Part shown: piece after piece, positions 48,274 through 57,953 of the stretch | How positions within the stretch are numbered: position 1 is the stretch's first letter | Layout of the letters: every line of letters starts with the position of its first letter | Origin: an uncultured bacterium | Lineage (GTDB): Bacteria > Patescibacteriota > Minisyncoccia > UBA6257 > 2-01-FULL-56-20 | Assembly: GCA_963807165.1 (NCBI GenBank) | Contig: CAWDZM010000001.1 | Span: forward strand, 577,471-641,470 | Length of the DNA: 64,000 nucleotides | Direction: 5' to 3' | Translations under genes and position numbers: made by a program | The notes under the pieces: generated by a model | Seen by the model: the letters and a program-made list of their open reading frames with translations, nothing else | Told to the model about the DNA's origin: nothing | The model's database searches: none

Positions 48274-48509
48274 CCGCTTGTAGCTCAGTGGTAGAGCCGT
48301 CGTCTTAAAATGGGCAGCGAGACGAAAATAGAAATGTGGGCACGCAAGGGCGTATAGCTCAGCGGTAGAGCAGACGTCTTATACACGTCCGGTCCTAGGT
48401 TCGAATCCTAGTGCGCCCACATTTCTATTTTTGACGAGTGAACCCATTTTATGGGCGAAGCCCATAAACACAACTGGTCGTAGACTCGAATCCTACCGGG
48501 CGGACAGAA
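48274..48509 (+). other. tRNA-like gene (class I, anticodon UAA) apparently interrupted in the anticodon loop by a ~155-nt insert that contains tRNA-Ile
   Basis: 5' half CCGCTTG-TA-GCTC-AGTGGTA-GAGC-C-GTCGT-CTTAAAA (48274-48310). 3' half ACAAC-TGGTC-GTAGA-CTCGAAT-CCTAC-CGGGCGG-A (48470-48504). The acceptor halves pair (7 bp, two G-U wobbles). The 3' half is slightly degenerate (A53, C54). Confidence 0.35.
48348..48419 (+). tRNA. tRNA-Ile(TAT), AUA-decoding type, flanked by 17-bp inverted repeats
   Basis: GGGCGTA-TA-GCTC-AGCGGTA-GAGC-A-GACGT-CTTATAC-ACGTC-CGGTC-CTAGG-TTCGAAT-CCTAG-TGCGCCC-A. The inverted repeats are aaaatagaaatgtgggc (48325-48341) and gcccacatttctatttt (48415-48431). Confidence 0.8.
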
Positions 48510-48538
48510 TTGACTAAAGTTCATTTATCGGTTATAAT
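48510..48538 (+). promoter_or_regulatory. sigma70-like promoter
   Basis: TTGACT (48510-48515), 17-nt spacer, TATAAT (48533-48538); GAGGTG SD before ATG 48557. Confidence 0.55.
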
Positions 48539-48556
48539 TCTTGCAGAGGTGATCGC

Positions 48557-48763
48557 ATGGTAGTTTTTGAAGAAGTAGGCGAGAGGATTGCCGTTCGTAT
48601 GAACGGGCATCTCATCGGACACATTTCTCCCAGGCACGGATTCCATTTAAATTCCGGGCACATGGAAACCTTCATTCAGATAGGCGCGAAAGACCTGCGT
48701 CAAATCGCTGAAAAAGCAGAGGAAGTAGCGGGGATAGAACATCCCCAAGTCCAGCTCGTCTAA
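48557..48763 (+). CDS. small hypothetical protein (68 aa)
   Basis: Promoter, SD and terminator present; MVVFEEVGERIAVRMNGHLIGHISPRHGF.... Confidence 0.5.
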   Translation: MVVFEEVGERIAVRMNGHLIGHISPRHGFHLNSGHMETFIQIGAKDLRQIAEKAEEVAGIEHPQVQLV

Positions 48764-48785
48764 GACAAGCGCGGCATGTGCATCG

Positions 48786-48823
48786 CAGTCGCACGGAGAT
48801 TATCCCGTGCGACTGTTTTTTTA
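48786..48823 (+). terminator. intrinsic terminator
   Basis: cagtcgcacgg-agattatc-ccgtgcgactg followed by a T8 run. Confidence 0.7.
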
Positions 48824-48836
48824 TTCTCTTCTACGC

Positions 48837-50666
48837 TTACGCCGCGATTGGTTTGATCTTGAACGGTTTCAGCACTGCGTTGAAGTCGTCCTGTTCCAAA
48901 ACTTCTTTCTCTATTAATGTCTCGGCAATCTTTTGCAGTGCCGCTTTGTGAGTCTTTAATATTTTTTCTGCGGTGGTATAGGCGTGGAAGAGGAGGGCGT
49001 GTATCTGTTGGTCGATCTCCGATGCGGTGCGTTCGGAATAATTTTTGTCGTTAGAGATCTCTTGACCGAGGAACATCATCTGTTCGCTCTTGCCGAAGAC
49101 GATCGGGCCGAGCTCGCTCATGCCGTATTTTGTAACCATCCGTCGCGCGAGCTCGGACGCTTCTTTAAGATCGCTTGATGCGCCGGTGGAGACGTCGCCA
49201 AAGGTAAGCTTTTCCGAGACGTGGCCGCCCATCATCATAGCGAGATCCGCCATGAATTGGTTGCGCGTCTTGAGGTGCTGATCTTCATTCGGGAGCTTCA
49301 TGGTATAGCCGCCAGCGAAGCCGCGGGAGATGATGGAAACTTTCTGTACCGGATCGGCGTCTTTGACTGCGGCGGCAACGAGCGCATGACCACCCTCGTG
49401 GTACGCAGTGATCTCTTTTTCTTTTTGCGAGATGACGCGGCTCTTGCGCTCCGGACCCATGATCACTTTTTCTGCGGCCTCAAAGAGCTCTGCTTGGCCG
49501 ATCGATTTTTTATTATGCCGCGCGCTTGCGATGGCGGCCTCGTTCATCAAGTTCGCAAGGTCTGCGCCGGAAAATCCCGGCGTGCGTCCCGCGACGCGGC
49601 GGAGGTCAACGTCCTTCTCGAGCGTTTTGCCTTCGGAGTGGATTTTAAGGATCGCTTCGCGGTCATTCATGTCGGGGAGGTCGAGGATGACGCGGCGATC
49701 GAAGCGGCCGGGCCGGAGCAACGCTGGATCAAGAACATCCGGGCGATTGGTTGCTGCAAGGACGATCACCCGTGTGTCGCGGTCAAAGCCGTCCATCTCC
49801 ACGAGAATCTGGTTGAGTGTTTGTTCGCGCTCATCACTGCCACCGCCCATGCCGGCGCCACGCTGGCGGCCGACGGCATCGATCTCATCTATAAAGAGGA
49901 TTGCTGGCGAGGCTCGCTTGGCCTGCATGAAGGCGTCGCGCGTGCGCGAGGCACCGACGCCAACGAACATTTCCACGAACTCGGACGCTGATATATAGAA
50001 GAAGGGGACGTTGCTCTCGCCGGCGACCGCGCGCGCGACGAGCGTTTTGCCCGTGCCCGGAGGTCCCATCAAAAGAATGCCGCGCGGGATGCGCGCGCCA
50101 AGATCCAAAAACTTTTGCGGATTTTTTAAAAAGTCTACAACCTCTATCAATTCCTCTTTTGCTTCTTTTAATCCGGCGACATCTTTAAAGAGCACTCGGT
50201 CTTTTATGTTCGAGAGTTTAAGATTCGATCGCCCGAAATTAAATGCCTGATTGACGCCGGTCTTTGCCTGGCGGAGCATGAACCAGAAAAATGCGCCGAT
50301 GATGATGAGTGTGAGAAGTGGATCGATCAGGATGCCGAGCCAATATTCCCACCCGGACTGATTCACGATCTCGAGGTCCACGCTTTGCATCGCTTGCTGA
50401 TTCACGCCGAGATTTTTTAGCGTGTCGGTAACACTCACCCCATCCTCTTTTTGTGCGATGGCGGCACTGCCGTCCGTCATCGTCACGTCGAGTTCGTCGC
50501 CATTCACTTTTATTTGCTTGATAGTGCCGGCGTTGATATCGCCCACAAGCTGATCAAGGTTGAGCGAGGTCGGCGTGGTTTGTGGTCCTACAAAATATGA
50601 AAAAATAAGCGAGATAACAATAAGCGTGATGACCGCCCAGATAATATTTTTAGTAAGGTTGGACAT
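48837..50666 (-). CDS. ftsH: ATP-dependent zinc metalloprotease FtsH
   Basis: Walker [12 protein letters not shown] region, HEGGHAL zinc motif, N-terminal TM, 609 aa. Confidence 0.95.
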   Translation of the reverse strand: MSNLTKNIIWAVITLIVISLIFSYFVGPQTTPTSLNLDQLVGDINAGTIKQIKVNGDELDVTMTDGSAAIAQKEDGVSVTDTLKNLGVNQQAMQSVDLEIVNQSGWEYWLGILIDPLLTLIIIGAFFWFMLRQAKTGVNQAFNFGRSNLKLSNIKDRVLFKDVAGLKEAKEELIEVVDFLKNPQKFLDLGARIPRGILLMGPPGTGKTLVARAVAGESNVPFFYISASEFVEMFVGVGASRTRDAFMQAKRASPAILFIDEIDAVGRQRGAGMGGGSDEREQTLNQILVEMDGFDRDTRVIVLAATNRPDVLDPALLRPGRFDRRVILDLPDMNDREAILKIHSEGKTLEKDVDLRRVAGRTPGFSGADLANLMNEAAIASARHNKKSIGQAELFEAAEKVIMGPERKSRVISQKEKEITAYHEGGHALVAAAVKDADPVQKVSIISRGFAGGYTMKLPNEDQHLKTRNQFMADLAMMMGGHVSEKLTFGDVSTGASSDLKEASELARRMVTKYGMSELGPIVFGKSEQMMFLGQEISNDKNYSERTASEIDQQIHALLFHAYTTAEKILKTHKAALQKIAETLIEKEVLEQDDFNAVLKPFKIKPIAA

Positions 50667-50770
50667 GGGGTGGAGTTAATTAATGTAACATCATTATATC
50701 ATTTAGGAATATAGAATGGAAAACGCGCGAAGGAATAAATCCTCCGCGCGTTGTTGTTGCCTCTCATCGA

Positions 50771-51040
50771 TCAGCAGGAGGTCGGCGTTAGCCGCTCCAG
50801 CTTGTGGGAGAATCGCTCCCACTGACTTCGGCGTTCCTGGATATCTTGCATCAGCGGCCAATCCTGAGAACAGGAATCGCCGTCCGCAAGGAGTGTCGGA
50901 AGCTCATTCTCGCGCTTCTGGATCTTGTCCAGTGCTTCTTCGGCCACCGCGAGGTTAAGCTTTCTCTTATTTTCGAACTTCTGCAAGAGCTCCTCTGTCC
51001 CGTTGAGCCAGTTCCAAAACTTTACCAACATCTTAACCAT
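50771..51040 (-). CDS. small coiled-coil hypothetical protein (89 aa)
   Basis: A terminator-like hairpin cgcgcgaagga...tcctccgcgcg lies downstream on the minus strand; no recognisable domain. Confidence 0.35.
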   Translation of the reverse strand: MVKMLVKFWNWLNGTEELLQKFENKRKLNLAVAEEALDKIQKRENELPTLLADGDSCSQDWPLMQDIQERRSQWERFSHKLERLTPTSC

Positions 51041-51168
51041 GATGATCTCCTCTTCTTCCCGGCCATTTTCAATGGCTAGATACTGAAAGTATTATAGCAT
51101 ATATATTAGCTATTTGTCAATAGCGGCACAAACCCGCACAATAGGGCTGTATTTGCTATAATTCCAGC

Positions 51169-51666
51169 ATGGAAAAGAAAACGGAGCTCTATCTGCGCAA
51201 TGTCATCTTTGGGATTTCGGACAGCTTGGTTTCTACGGTCGGACTGCTTGCCGGTATCGATGCCGCCGGAACGTCACGGCAAACGATCCTGCTCACCGGA
51301 ATTGTTTATGCGTTCGTGGAGGCATTCTCTATGGCGGTGGGGAGCTTCCTTTCCGAGCAGTCCGCAGAAGAATATGAGGTGAAGGGCGAAGCGCCGGGCG
51401 CAGGGCCATTCACCGCGGGAGTAGTGATGTTTATTTCGTTTATCCTCGCGTCGTTTATCCCAATTGTGCCGTATCTTCTTTTTAGTATTACCACAGCGCT
51501 GTGGTGTTCTATAGGATTCTCTCTCGTCGCGCTTTTGATCGTCGGCATGATCAGCGCCAAGATCGTGAAGGTAAACATGCTGAGCCACGCTTTGAAAATG
51601 ATGTTGCTCGGTGGCGCGGCGATCGTAATCGGTGTCATCGTCGGGATTTTTGTGAAGGCGGGGTAG
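51169..51666 (+). CDS. VIT1/CCC1-family (DUF125) putative iron/manganese transporter
   Basis: LRNVIFGISDSLVSTVGLLAG family motif, 4-5 TM, 165 aa. Confidence 0.65.
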   Translation: MEKKTELYLRNVIFGISDSLVSTVGLLAGIDAAGTSRQTILLTGIVYAFVEAFSMAVGSFLSEQSAEEYEVKGEAPGAGPFTAGVVMFISFILASFIPIVPYLLFSITTALWCSIGFSLVALLIVGMISAKIVKVNMLSHALKMMLLGGAAIVIGVIVGIFVKAG

Positions 51667-51682
51667 AACGGGATGTAAGGAT

Positions 51683-51729
51683 AAAAAAAGGGCGGAGTCG
51701 GAATATTATCCGACTTCGCCCTTTTGGTT
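51683..51729. terminator. bidirectional intrinsic terminator
   Basis: gggcggagtcgg-aatattat-ccgacttcgccc followed by T-runs on both strands. Confidence 0.65.
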
Positions 51730-52356
51730 TTCTAGTAGTGGGATCAAATCGTGCAGACGTGCGATAAAAGAATCGGCGTTTGCTCGGAGAGAATCTTCGG
51801 ATGACTCAAAACATCCGGGAATCCCAACGGTTTTCATGCCGAGCGCCTTAGCGGTTACAATCGCTTTTGTGGTGCTCCCTACGTATAATCTGGCACACGT
51901 TGGGATATAGGAAAATGCGGAAAGAAGCCTTTCCCTATTGCTGTTATACCCGCCCGCTTCAACATGATCAATGAGAGTAGCGATACTCATCCGCTTGATG
52001 TTATGAAACATTTTTTCCGGAGGTGTTCCGCTCACGAGAGCGGTCATGATCCGGAGATCGTGACAGTAGGCGAGTGCCTCCCTTGCGCCATCTCGCAGCT
52101 CGAGATCATCAAGGTGTTCCAAGAAGTATTGCTCGTAAATCACATACGGCTGTAGCCAATTGGCCCTCTTTGGTATCCCATGGTTTCGGCAAAAAGCGGA
52201 AAAGCTTATGGAAATTTCCGCAAGAAATACCGCAAGAGTAGGAGGTTCCACTTCGTAGTACTCGAACGTTGCGCGCATTGCTTGATAGGCATGGTCGAGG
52301 CTATTGGCAACCAACGTCCCATCCCAGTTGCATATCACGGCCTTCGGTAATGGCAT
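51706..52356 (-). CDS. HAD-superfamily hydrolase
   Basis: N-terminal catalytic motif NWDGTLV (DxDGT), 216 aa. Confidence 0.7.
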   Translation of the reverse strand: MPLPKAVICNWDGTLVANSLDHAYQAMRATFEYYEVEPPTLAVFLAEISISFSAFCRNHGIPKRANWLQPYVIYEQYFLEHLDDLELRDGAREALAYCHDLRIMTALVSGTPPEKMFHNIKRMSIATLIDHVEAGGYNSNRERLLSAFSYIPTCARLYVGSTTKAIVTAKALGMKTVGIPGCFESSEDSLRANADSFIARLHDLIPLLENQKGEVG

Positions 52357-52429
52357 GGCTGCTCCTTTCTAAACCTCTGTTGCTGTGGGTAGCCTAGTAC
52401 ATCCGAAGCTAAACTACAAGATTATTTCC

Positions 52430-53506
52430 TTACAATATCCCGTGGAGCGGCCAGGTGATGGCCTCGAGTATTTTTAAAAGGAACGGGCGCTGTATCCACT
52501 CCTCTTTTATTGTGAGTTTTGAATGGAGAAGATCTTCTTCGAATTGATGTTTTAACTCGGCGATAAAATCTGGGTTGGAGCTTTTTATATTTCCTTCAAA
52601 GTTAAGGAGCAGGCTAAGATTGTCGATATTCGCGCTCCCGACGCTTGCCCACGTATCATCAATGATTCCGGTTTTCGCGTGGAGGATTCTTTTTTCGTCA
52701 TAGCGATATATTTTAATGCCCACGTGGAGTGCGAGGAGGACATACGATCCGCTCGCGATCTGGGCGCTGCGTACGTCCGAAGATCCGGGAATAAGAATAC
52801 GGACATCAACGCCACGCAGGGCGGCGCGTTGGAGCGCGGTAAAAAGCAGAACGCTTGGCACGAAATACGGCGTGGTCAAATAGATATATTTTTTTGCCTT
52901 GCGTATCGTGCGGCGGAGATCGTGATAGATATAGCGGCCGTGCAAACGCGGCGCATTGGCGAGGAATAAAAATCCATCCTCTGTTCTAAACGCCGGTTTA
53001 TGTTTAAAAATTTTATTGCGCGGCGCAGTGACCCACATCTGATCGAAGCTCTTTTGCAGTTCCGCCACCACGCGCCCAGTCACCCGCACATTGGTATCGC
53101 GCCAGTTCGCCATGCGCCCGTCAATCCCCACACCTCCTGTATGGGCGATGGCTCCGTCTACCAACAGGATCTTCCGGTGATCGCGTAAGAACCACGAGAA
53201 GACATTGCCAATGCGCCACGGCTGGATCGGATTGAAAAACTTTATCGCGGCGCCGGCAGCCGTGAGTGCGTGCTCACTCTTTGAATTCAGAAAGCCATAG
53301 CTTCCCACCGCGTCGCACAGGATCCGTACACGCACGCCCTCGCCGATCTTTTCCTTTATTACCTCGAAAAATCGTTGCCCCACCGCGTCGTCCTCAAAAA
53401 TATATTGCTCAATGTCGATATATTTTCGCGCGAGGGCACAATCCGCAAACATGGATTCCCACGCATCCGCGGAATGTATATAAAATTTCCAGGTGGTGTC
53501 TGTCAT
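52430..53506 (-). CDS. cls: phospholipase D-family protein / cardiolipin synthase-like (two HKD motifs)
   Basis: HRKILLVDG...GGVGI and HAKTGIIDDTWASVGSANID HKD motifs, 358 aa. Confidence 0.75.
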   Translation of the reverse strand: MTDTTWKFYIHSADAWESMFADCALARKYIDIEQYIFEDDAVGQRFFEVIKEKIGEGVRVRILCDAVGSYGFLNSKSEHALTAAGAAIKFFNPIQPWRIGNVFSWFLRDHRKILLVDGAIAHTGGVGIDGRMANWRDTNVRVTGRVVAELQKSFDQMWVTAPRNKIFKHKPAFRTEDGFLFLANAPRLHGRYIYHDLRRTIRKAKKYIYLTTPYFVPSVLLFTALQRAALRGVDVRILIPGSSDVRSAQIASGSYVLLALHVGIKIYRYDEKRILHAKTGIIDDTWASVGSANIDNLSLLLNFEGNIKSSNPDFIAELKHQFEEDLLHSKLTIKEEWIQRPFLLKILEAITWPLHGIL

Positions 53507-53596
53507 GAGATGCTCTTTATGATAAGCTTAGCACCAACTTGCCAAAGCTGTTCGTTTTTGAAAGACTGGAGAGAGAACATCGCAAAGGAGGTTGAT

Positions 53597-54040
53597 ATGG
53601 AATATCCCGATGGAGAAAAGCGCAGGCGCGATATTCCAGCGGTCGCATTAAGCGCGGCCGATTACGAGGAAATGTCTGCTATAAAAGGGATGGCTTTTGA
53701 GTGCGTCGACTGGGTAAAACACAACAAGAACCGATTAGAAACGACTTTGCCGTTGATTGAGGAGGCTCTTCGGCTGAAGATTTTCGACAATTGGCTACCG
53801 GTCCGCTCGGTCATTAATAATCTGACCGACAAGAATGTGGTCAATGATATTACCGAAGCGGTTCCTCCGGAAAGCACCTTCTTTGATAAGCCTGCCAGGG
53901 TTCTTGATATCGTCGTTGTTCTGAACTATTGGAAGGGGAGGGGATTTTTAAGAGATCAGGATCAGTTTGTCTATGCCTTCAATGTTTTGAGCGACGCCCT
54001 AGAAGAAGATATTCGGTTCCTCGCAACGAAACAAGATTGA
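53597..54040 (+). CDS. hypothetical protein (147 aa); the track start 53375 overlaps cls on the opposite strand and is probably spurious
   Basis: AGGAGG SD 7 nt before ATG 53597; a terminator-like palindrome gtctcgcgagac follows. Confidence 0.5.
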   Translation: MEYPDGEKRRRDIPAVALSAADYEEMSAIKGMAFECVDWVKHNKNRLETTLPLIEEALRLKIFDNWLPVRSVINNLTDKNVVNDITEAVPPESTFFDKPARVLDIVVVLNYWKGRGFLRDQDQFVYAFNVLSDALEEDIRFLATKQD

Positions 54041-54097
54041 AAATACGGCAGACCCCCGTCCTCAAAGGCCATCTCTCGCGAGACGGCCTCTTTTTTA

Positions 54098-54595
54098 TTA
54101 CTTTATTTGATTCTCATAGATGCCAGTGACGAGTAGCCATGCGCCGGAAATAAGAAAAGCAAAGGTGAGCACGATACCTACAGAGGCTATATAAAGTCCG
54201 GCAATGTATCCCGATATAAGCAGGATAGAGCCGACTATCTGAGCTACGTAGCACGAGGTGCCCGCGATAAAGCGGCCAGTCCTGAGCCCCACCGAGCTTT
54301 TGCCAAGCTTTTTGGCCTGGATATATTTCCGAATGTACGTGAGCACCGCAAAGAGCGCGAAGAACAGCCACTCAGCGCCGATCCATTGATAGCTTTGATT
54401 GGCGATGAGCGCGAACGCGCAGATCATAAAGACGGCGCCGAAGCCGGTCAGCGTCGCCACGGCGCGATTCTTATGCGTCGCATCCTGGCTGATGATCGAA
54501 AGATTGATGGACATGGCGATGAATACCAATCCCGCGAGCGCCGCGGCGCCGTCTCCTATCATGACGAAAAAGTCGTACCATTGGCTGATGCCCAT
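54098..54595 (-). CDS. polytopic membrane protein, hypothetical
   Basis: 4 predicted TM helices, 165 aa. Confidence 0.55.
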   Translation of the reverse strand: MGISQWYDFFVMIGDGAAALAGLVFIAMSINLSIISQDATHKNRAVATLTGFGAVFMICAFALIANQSYQWIGAEWLFFALFAVLTYIRKYIQAKKLGKSSVGLRTGRFIAGTSCYVAQIVGSILLISGYIAGLYIASVGIVLTFAFLISGAWLLVTGIYENQIK

Positions 54596-54816
54596 TGCAC
54601 TATAATACTAAAAAGAAAATGAATTGGCTACGGGCGGAGGAGCGCTAAGCATAATAGCTCATTAGGAGTATAATTAATTCCATCATAACAATATGATCAT
54701 AAGAGGAAATTTTATCGGTGCGGCAATCGTTTCAATAATTTACACAGTCTATATTTTATGGAAACCTCTTGCCTCGCGTCCGCAAGAAATAATCGCGTTG
54801 GTGAATTACGCCCGAA

Positions 54817-55110
54817 ATGTACGACAAAAAATTGAAAGAGTATAAGGCAAAACAGTCTGATCTTTTGCAGCAAATGAACGATCACAGCCTAGCCGATCAA
54901 GAATATCATTTGACCGCAAGCAGGCTTCTAAGCATCTGTAAACGCGCTTTTGAGATATTTGAAAGTTCTGAACCCGCCGAAAAACGCGTTTTCTTGAATT
55001 TCATACTTCAGAACTCGACATTAAACGCTAGGAAGCCAGTGTTTATGCTGAAACCCGTGTTCCAAGGCATCGTAAAAGCGCACGATGACCACAAATGTAT
55101 TTCCCGTTAG
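54817..55110 (+). CDS. hypothetical protein, possibly a truncated remnant; its stop codon lies inside repeat copy 1
   Basis: No SD; preceded by an overlapping 51-aa TM ORF in another frame; the 3' end ...KCISR* is encoded by the repeat. Confidence 0.25.
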   Translation: MYDKKLKEYKAKQSDLLQQMNDHSLADQEYHLTASRLLSICKRAFEIFESSEPAEKRVFLNFILQNSTLNARKPVFMLKPVFQGIVKAHDDHKCISR

Positions 55111-55190
55111 GGGTATCCTCAATAAATCCCATAAAATCTATCTAAAAATCGCCGGGTGCCTCAGTATACGACGTTAGAACCTGCTTGAGG
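55098..55190 (+). repeat. copy 1 of the ~80-90-bp tRNA-His-trailer-derived repeat
   Basis: TATTTCCCGTTAGGGGTATCCTC...ATCTATCTAAAAATCGCCGGGTGCCTCAG...; about 85% identical to copy 2. Confidence 0.75.
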
Positions 55191-55234
55191 GGATAGGGAT
55201 GATCAAGAAATCTCCTACGCCATCCCACATATTC

Positions 55235-56395
55235 CTACTTCACTTCATGCTCATCTGGCGTAAGCTTCACGAGGCCAAATTTTGCAGAAGCAGCCTTATG
55301 ATTAAATCCATCAACAGCTTCCGTAAAATTATGTCCCGATCCGTAAATCAAGGGAATTACTCGTTGTGTCGATTTGTCTTGATTTATGATACCAAGAGCC
55401 GCGTCTTCTCTGAGACGATGTCGATATTCTGGCTTATATTCTTTATCGGGAATAGAAGCTATTCTTTCCTTAAACGAGAAAGGTGCATCCGTTTTGTCGC
55501 GCGCCGCCTGATCCTCTGCGGGCAGTAGATTTATTTTACCTTCGGCATATAACTTTTCCGCGGCTCCCCATGCGTATATATTATCCCCGCGGATGAGTTC
55601 GTCTTCTCCTAATTTTTCAGCTTGGAGTTTAATGTTCTCGATCAGCTGAGGTATATTGTCTTTCGCGTGTTTTTCAAATGTCTTTTGGTATTGTTCGTCT
55701 GCATGGCCTGTTTTTTGAAAATTTTGGTATTCCCCTTTTATTTTAAGGTATTCTCTTTCAAGCTCGCATTTGTCCGAATAAAGAGTTTGGGCAACTATCC
55801 CTTCGCCAAGAACATCTCTCATCCCAGGTCCGTCATCGTCCGATGAGGAATTCGCCATTTCTAGGCTAGAGGCTAACACGTCATTTTGGAATTTTGCCCG
55901 ATTTTCTGTTACATGTGTTTTCACCTCATCAAGATCCCCCCTTTTTTCTTCCGGCGTTTGTCCTTCAACGTAGACCGTATCGGTTACACCTTTTTCCTTG
56001 AGATATAATAGGAGCTTTTCTATATTTTTTTGTGATGTGATAACTCGCTTTAATTCTGTCGGGGAAGTAGTTTCGATTAGCCTTCCAGGCAAATGAGTTT
56101 GTCCAATATGTAATATGGTCTTCTCTCCGCCGGGAACTTGTTGTTCAATCTGAAATTTCATTGCCAAATTCTCAAGAGGAAGTCCCTCGTGTTTTAACAC
56201 TTCCATCGTAGCCTCAGTGACTTGTTTATCGTGTTCTACGCTTCGCTCTATTCCCATTCCCGCACCAAAAATAGCTATCGCTAAAGCCATCACTCGCGCA
56301 GCTTTTGATTTGTAGACCGATTCAAAACGGCTCTTTTGAGATGTTTGTGGTTCGCTCTCGGCAGATGCCGTGGGGTCGGATTCAAATCTATTCAT
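55235..56395 (-). CDS. hypothetical protein, possibly TraB/GumN-family; cargo of repeat-bounded islet 1
   Basis: N-terminal TM; ILHIGQTHL and LIYGSGHNF resemble the paired GT.H / G.GH motifs of the TraB/GumN family. This is weak, from recall only. Confidence 0.3.
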   Translation of the reverse strand: MNRFESDPTASAESEPQTSQKSRFESVYKSKAARVMALAIAIFGAGMGIERSVEHDKQVTEATMEVLKHEGLPLENLAMKFQIEQQVPGGEKTILHIGQTHLPGRLIETTSPTELKRVITSQKNIEKLLLYLKEKGVTDTVYVEGQTPEEKRGDLDEVKTHVTENRAKFQNDVLASSLEMANSSSDDDGPGMRDVLGEGIVAQTLYSDKCELEREYLKIKGEYQNFQKTGHADEQYQKTFEKHAKDNIPQLIENIKLQAEKLGEDELIRGDNIYAWGAAEKLYAEGKINLLPAEDQAARDKTDAPFSFKERIASIPDKEYKPEYRHRLREDAALGIINQDKSTQRVIPLIYGSGHNFTEAVDGFNHKAASAKFGLVKLTPDEHEVK

Positions 56396-56459
56396 ATGTG
56401 CATTATATCTGCGTTGCTTAGAAATTGTCTATGCTCAAAATTTCTTCACGCACTACAGG

Positions 56460-56554
56460 TTCTATTTCCCGTTAGGGGTATCTTCTGTAGGTCCTATAAT
56501 ATCTATCTAAAAATCGCCGGGTGCCTTAGCATCACGATGTCAGAACCTGTTTGG
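56460..56554 (+). repeat. copy 2 of the tRNA-His-trailer-derived repeat
   Basis: TTCTATTTCCCGTTAGGGGTATCTTCTGTAGG...ATCTATCTAAAAATCGCCGGGTGCCTTAGC.... Confidence 0.75.
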
Positions 56555-56769
56555 CGCGAAGATAAAAAAGCGGCCCAGATCGCTTAGTGCAATCTGGGCC
56601 CTTAGGTGTTGAAGGAATCGTCTTAGTCCACTAGAATCTCCAGAAAGCGCAATCGCTTCCTGCGAAGGGCGTACTTGATGGCATTGCCACGCCGGTCGAC
56701 AGTAATGTCCGCCAGCGTGCTTTCCCTGACTTGATTTTCAAACCTTATGAATTAATGTAAGCTGAAGCC

Positions 56770-57735
56770 ATGGGAAAAAGATTCGAGCAGCCATACGGCG
56801 AGGAAGAAGCCGCTATTGAGGCGGAGAGAATAAAGGATCTGGTTGGAAAATCAGGAACGAACAATGATTATTCCATGGCTCACGAGCTCATCGAAAGCGA
56901 GCGACAGAAAGAGCGAACGGAATTATTTGAAAAAAAGACGTTGGCAGTATTTGATACCTATCGCAAAATTCTTGAAAGCCTTGATTCAAATGAAATTAAG
57001 GACATCAGCCTCGCCTCGATAGGGTGGGAGCATCTTGGACAATATAGACAGCGCGAAAAGAAAAAGGATGGATCGAATAGCGATTTTTGGATGCGCTCGA
57101 TAATCGGAACCTCCGAGAGATTTGAAACCGATGAATTGGGAAATTCCCATTTTCTTTCCCCGGAAGAAAAAGATGGATATATAAGATTTGATTATCGCAG
57201 TTCCAGCGATGGAGGTGATGATCTTTACGAGGAACAGCCAGGGAAATGGATTACCCATGAGGGATTTCGTCATGAATCTAAAGAATATCTTCGAAACGAT
57301 TTAAGTCCAAAAGTTCGGCAGGAAAGAATATTCCATCTCTACGATCGCTTAACAAGCCTCGATACAATCGGCGTTTTTAATTATCATAACGAAGAAAGTG
57401 TTATAGATATTACCTCCCCGGAGATCACGAAATTTATTACGGATTATAGCGATGTTCTTAAAAAAATTGAAGGAGTTAAAGATCGACAGATAGGGCATGA
57501 TAGGCAGATGAAGCTGATCGATAATCTTGAACACAGGAGAAAACAGCTCCATGATGAAGCTGCCGAGGAATTACAGAGGGAAATGGAAAAGGATGGCGTT
57601 TTGATCGGGATAGAAAACGCTCGCCATTTATTAGCTCTTGTTTTTGAGATGAAGAAAAATCTACTCGAGGGCAATGAATTTGATATTTCATATACAAGCG
57701 AAGAGGACACGGGAGGAGCTTCAGAAAAAAATTAA
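56770..57735 (+). CDS. hypothetical protein (321 aa); cargo of islet 2
   Basis: Acidic, coiled-coil-rich; no recognisable motif. Confidence 0.45.
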   Translation: MGKRFEQPYGEEEAAIEAERIKDLVGKSGTNNDYSMAHELIESERQKERTELFEKKTLAVFDTYRKILESLDSNEIKDISLASIGWEHLGQYRQREKKKDGSNSDFWMRSIIGTSERFETDELGNSHFLSPEEKDGYIRFDYRSSSDGGDDLYEEQPGKWITHEGFRHESKEYLRNDLSPKVRQERIFHLYDRLTSLDTIGVFNYHNEESVIDITSPEITKFITDYSDVLKKIEGVKDRQIGHDRQMKLIDNLEHRRKQLHDEAAEELQREMEKDGVLIGIENARHLLALVFEMKKNLLEGNEFDISYTSEEDTGGASEKN

Positions 57736-57800
57736 GGAAACATTCGGCTTTGAATCCGAAGTAAAATTATATATATTGCCAGGTGGAATGCACGAACTAG

Positions 57801-57950
57801 ATGCAGATTCATTATAGCGAGAGCGACGCAGAAGAAATTACCTTTCAAAATACTCGTTACTCTCTAATCGTGGATATTCCCGAAGGTAATCTTGTTACGC
57901 ACAGAGAAATAGCAGAATTTATATCCTCTTATTTTGAAGGATTGAAATAA
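57801..57950 (+). CDS. small ORF (49 aa), hypothetical
   Basis: MQIHYSESDAEEITFQNTRYSLIVDIPEGNLVTHREIAEFISSYFEGLK; weak RBS; ends 3 nt before repeat copy 3. Confidence 0.2.
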   Translation: MQIHYSESDAEEITFQNTRYSLIVDIPEGNLVTHREIAEFISSYFEGLK

Positions 57951-57953
57951 AGG

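Noticed and set aside
48307-48469. Group I intron in the tRNA anticodon loop
   Set aside because: The insert is only ~155 nt, ends in T rather than the conserved terminal G, and mostly consists of a canonical tRNA. It does not fit group I architecture. It is kept as an unexplained insertion in the findings.
49221-49998. Two long plus-strand ORFs (256 and 196 aa) inside ftsH
   Set aside because: They are antisense to the high-confidence ftsH, have Arg/Ala/Ser-rich junk composition, and overlap each other in different frames.
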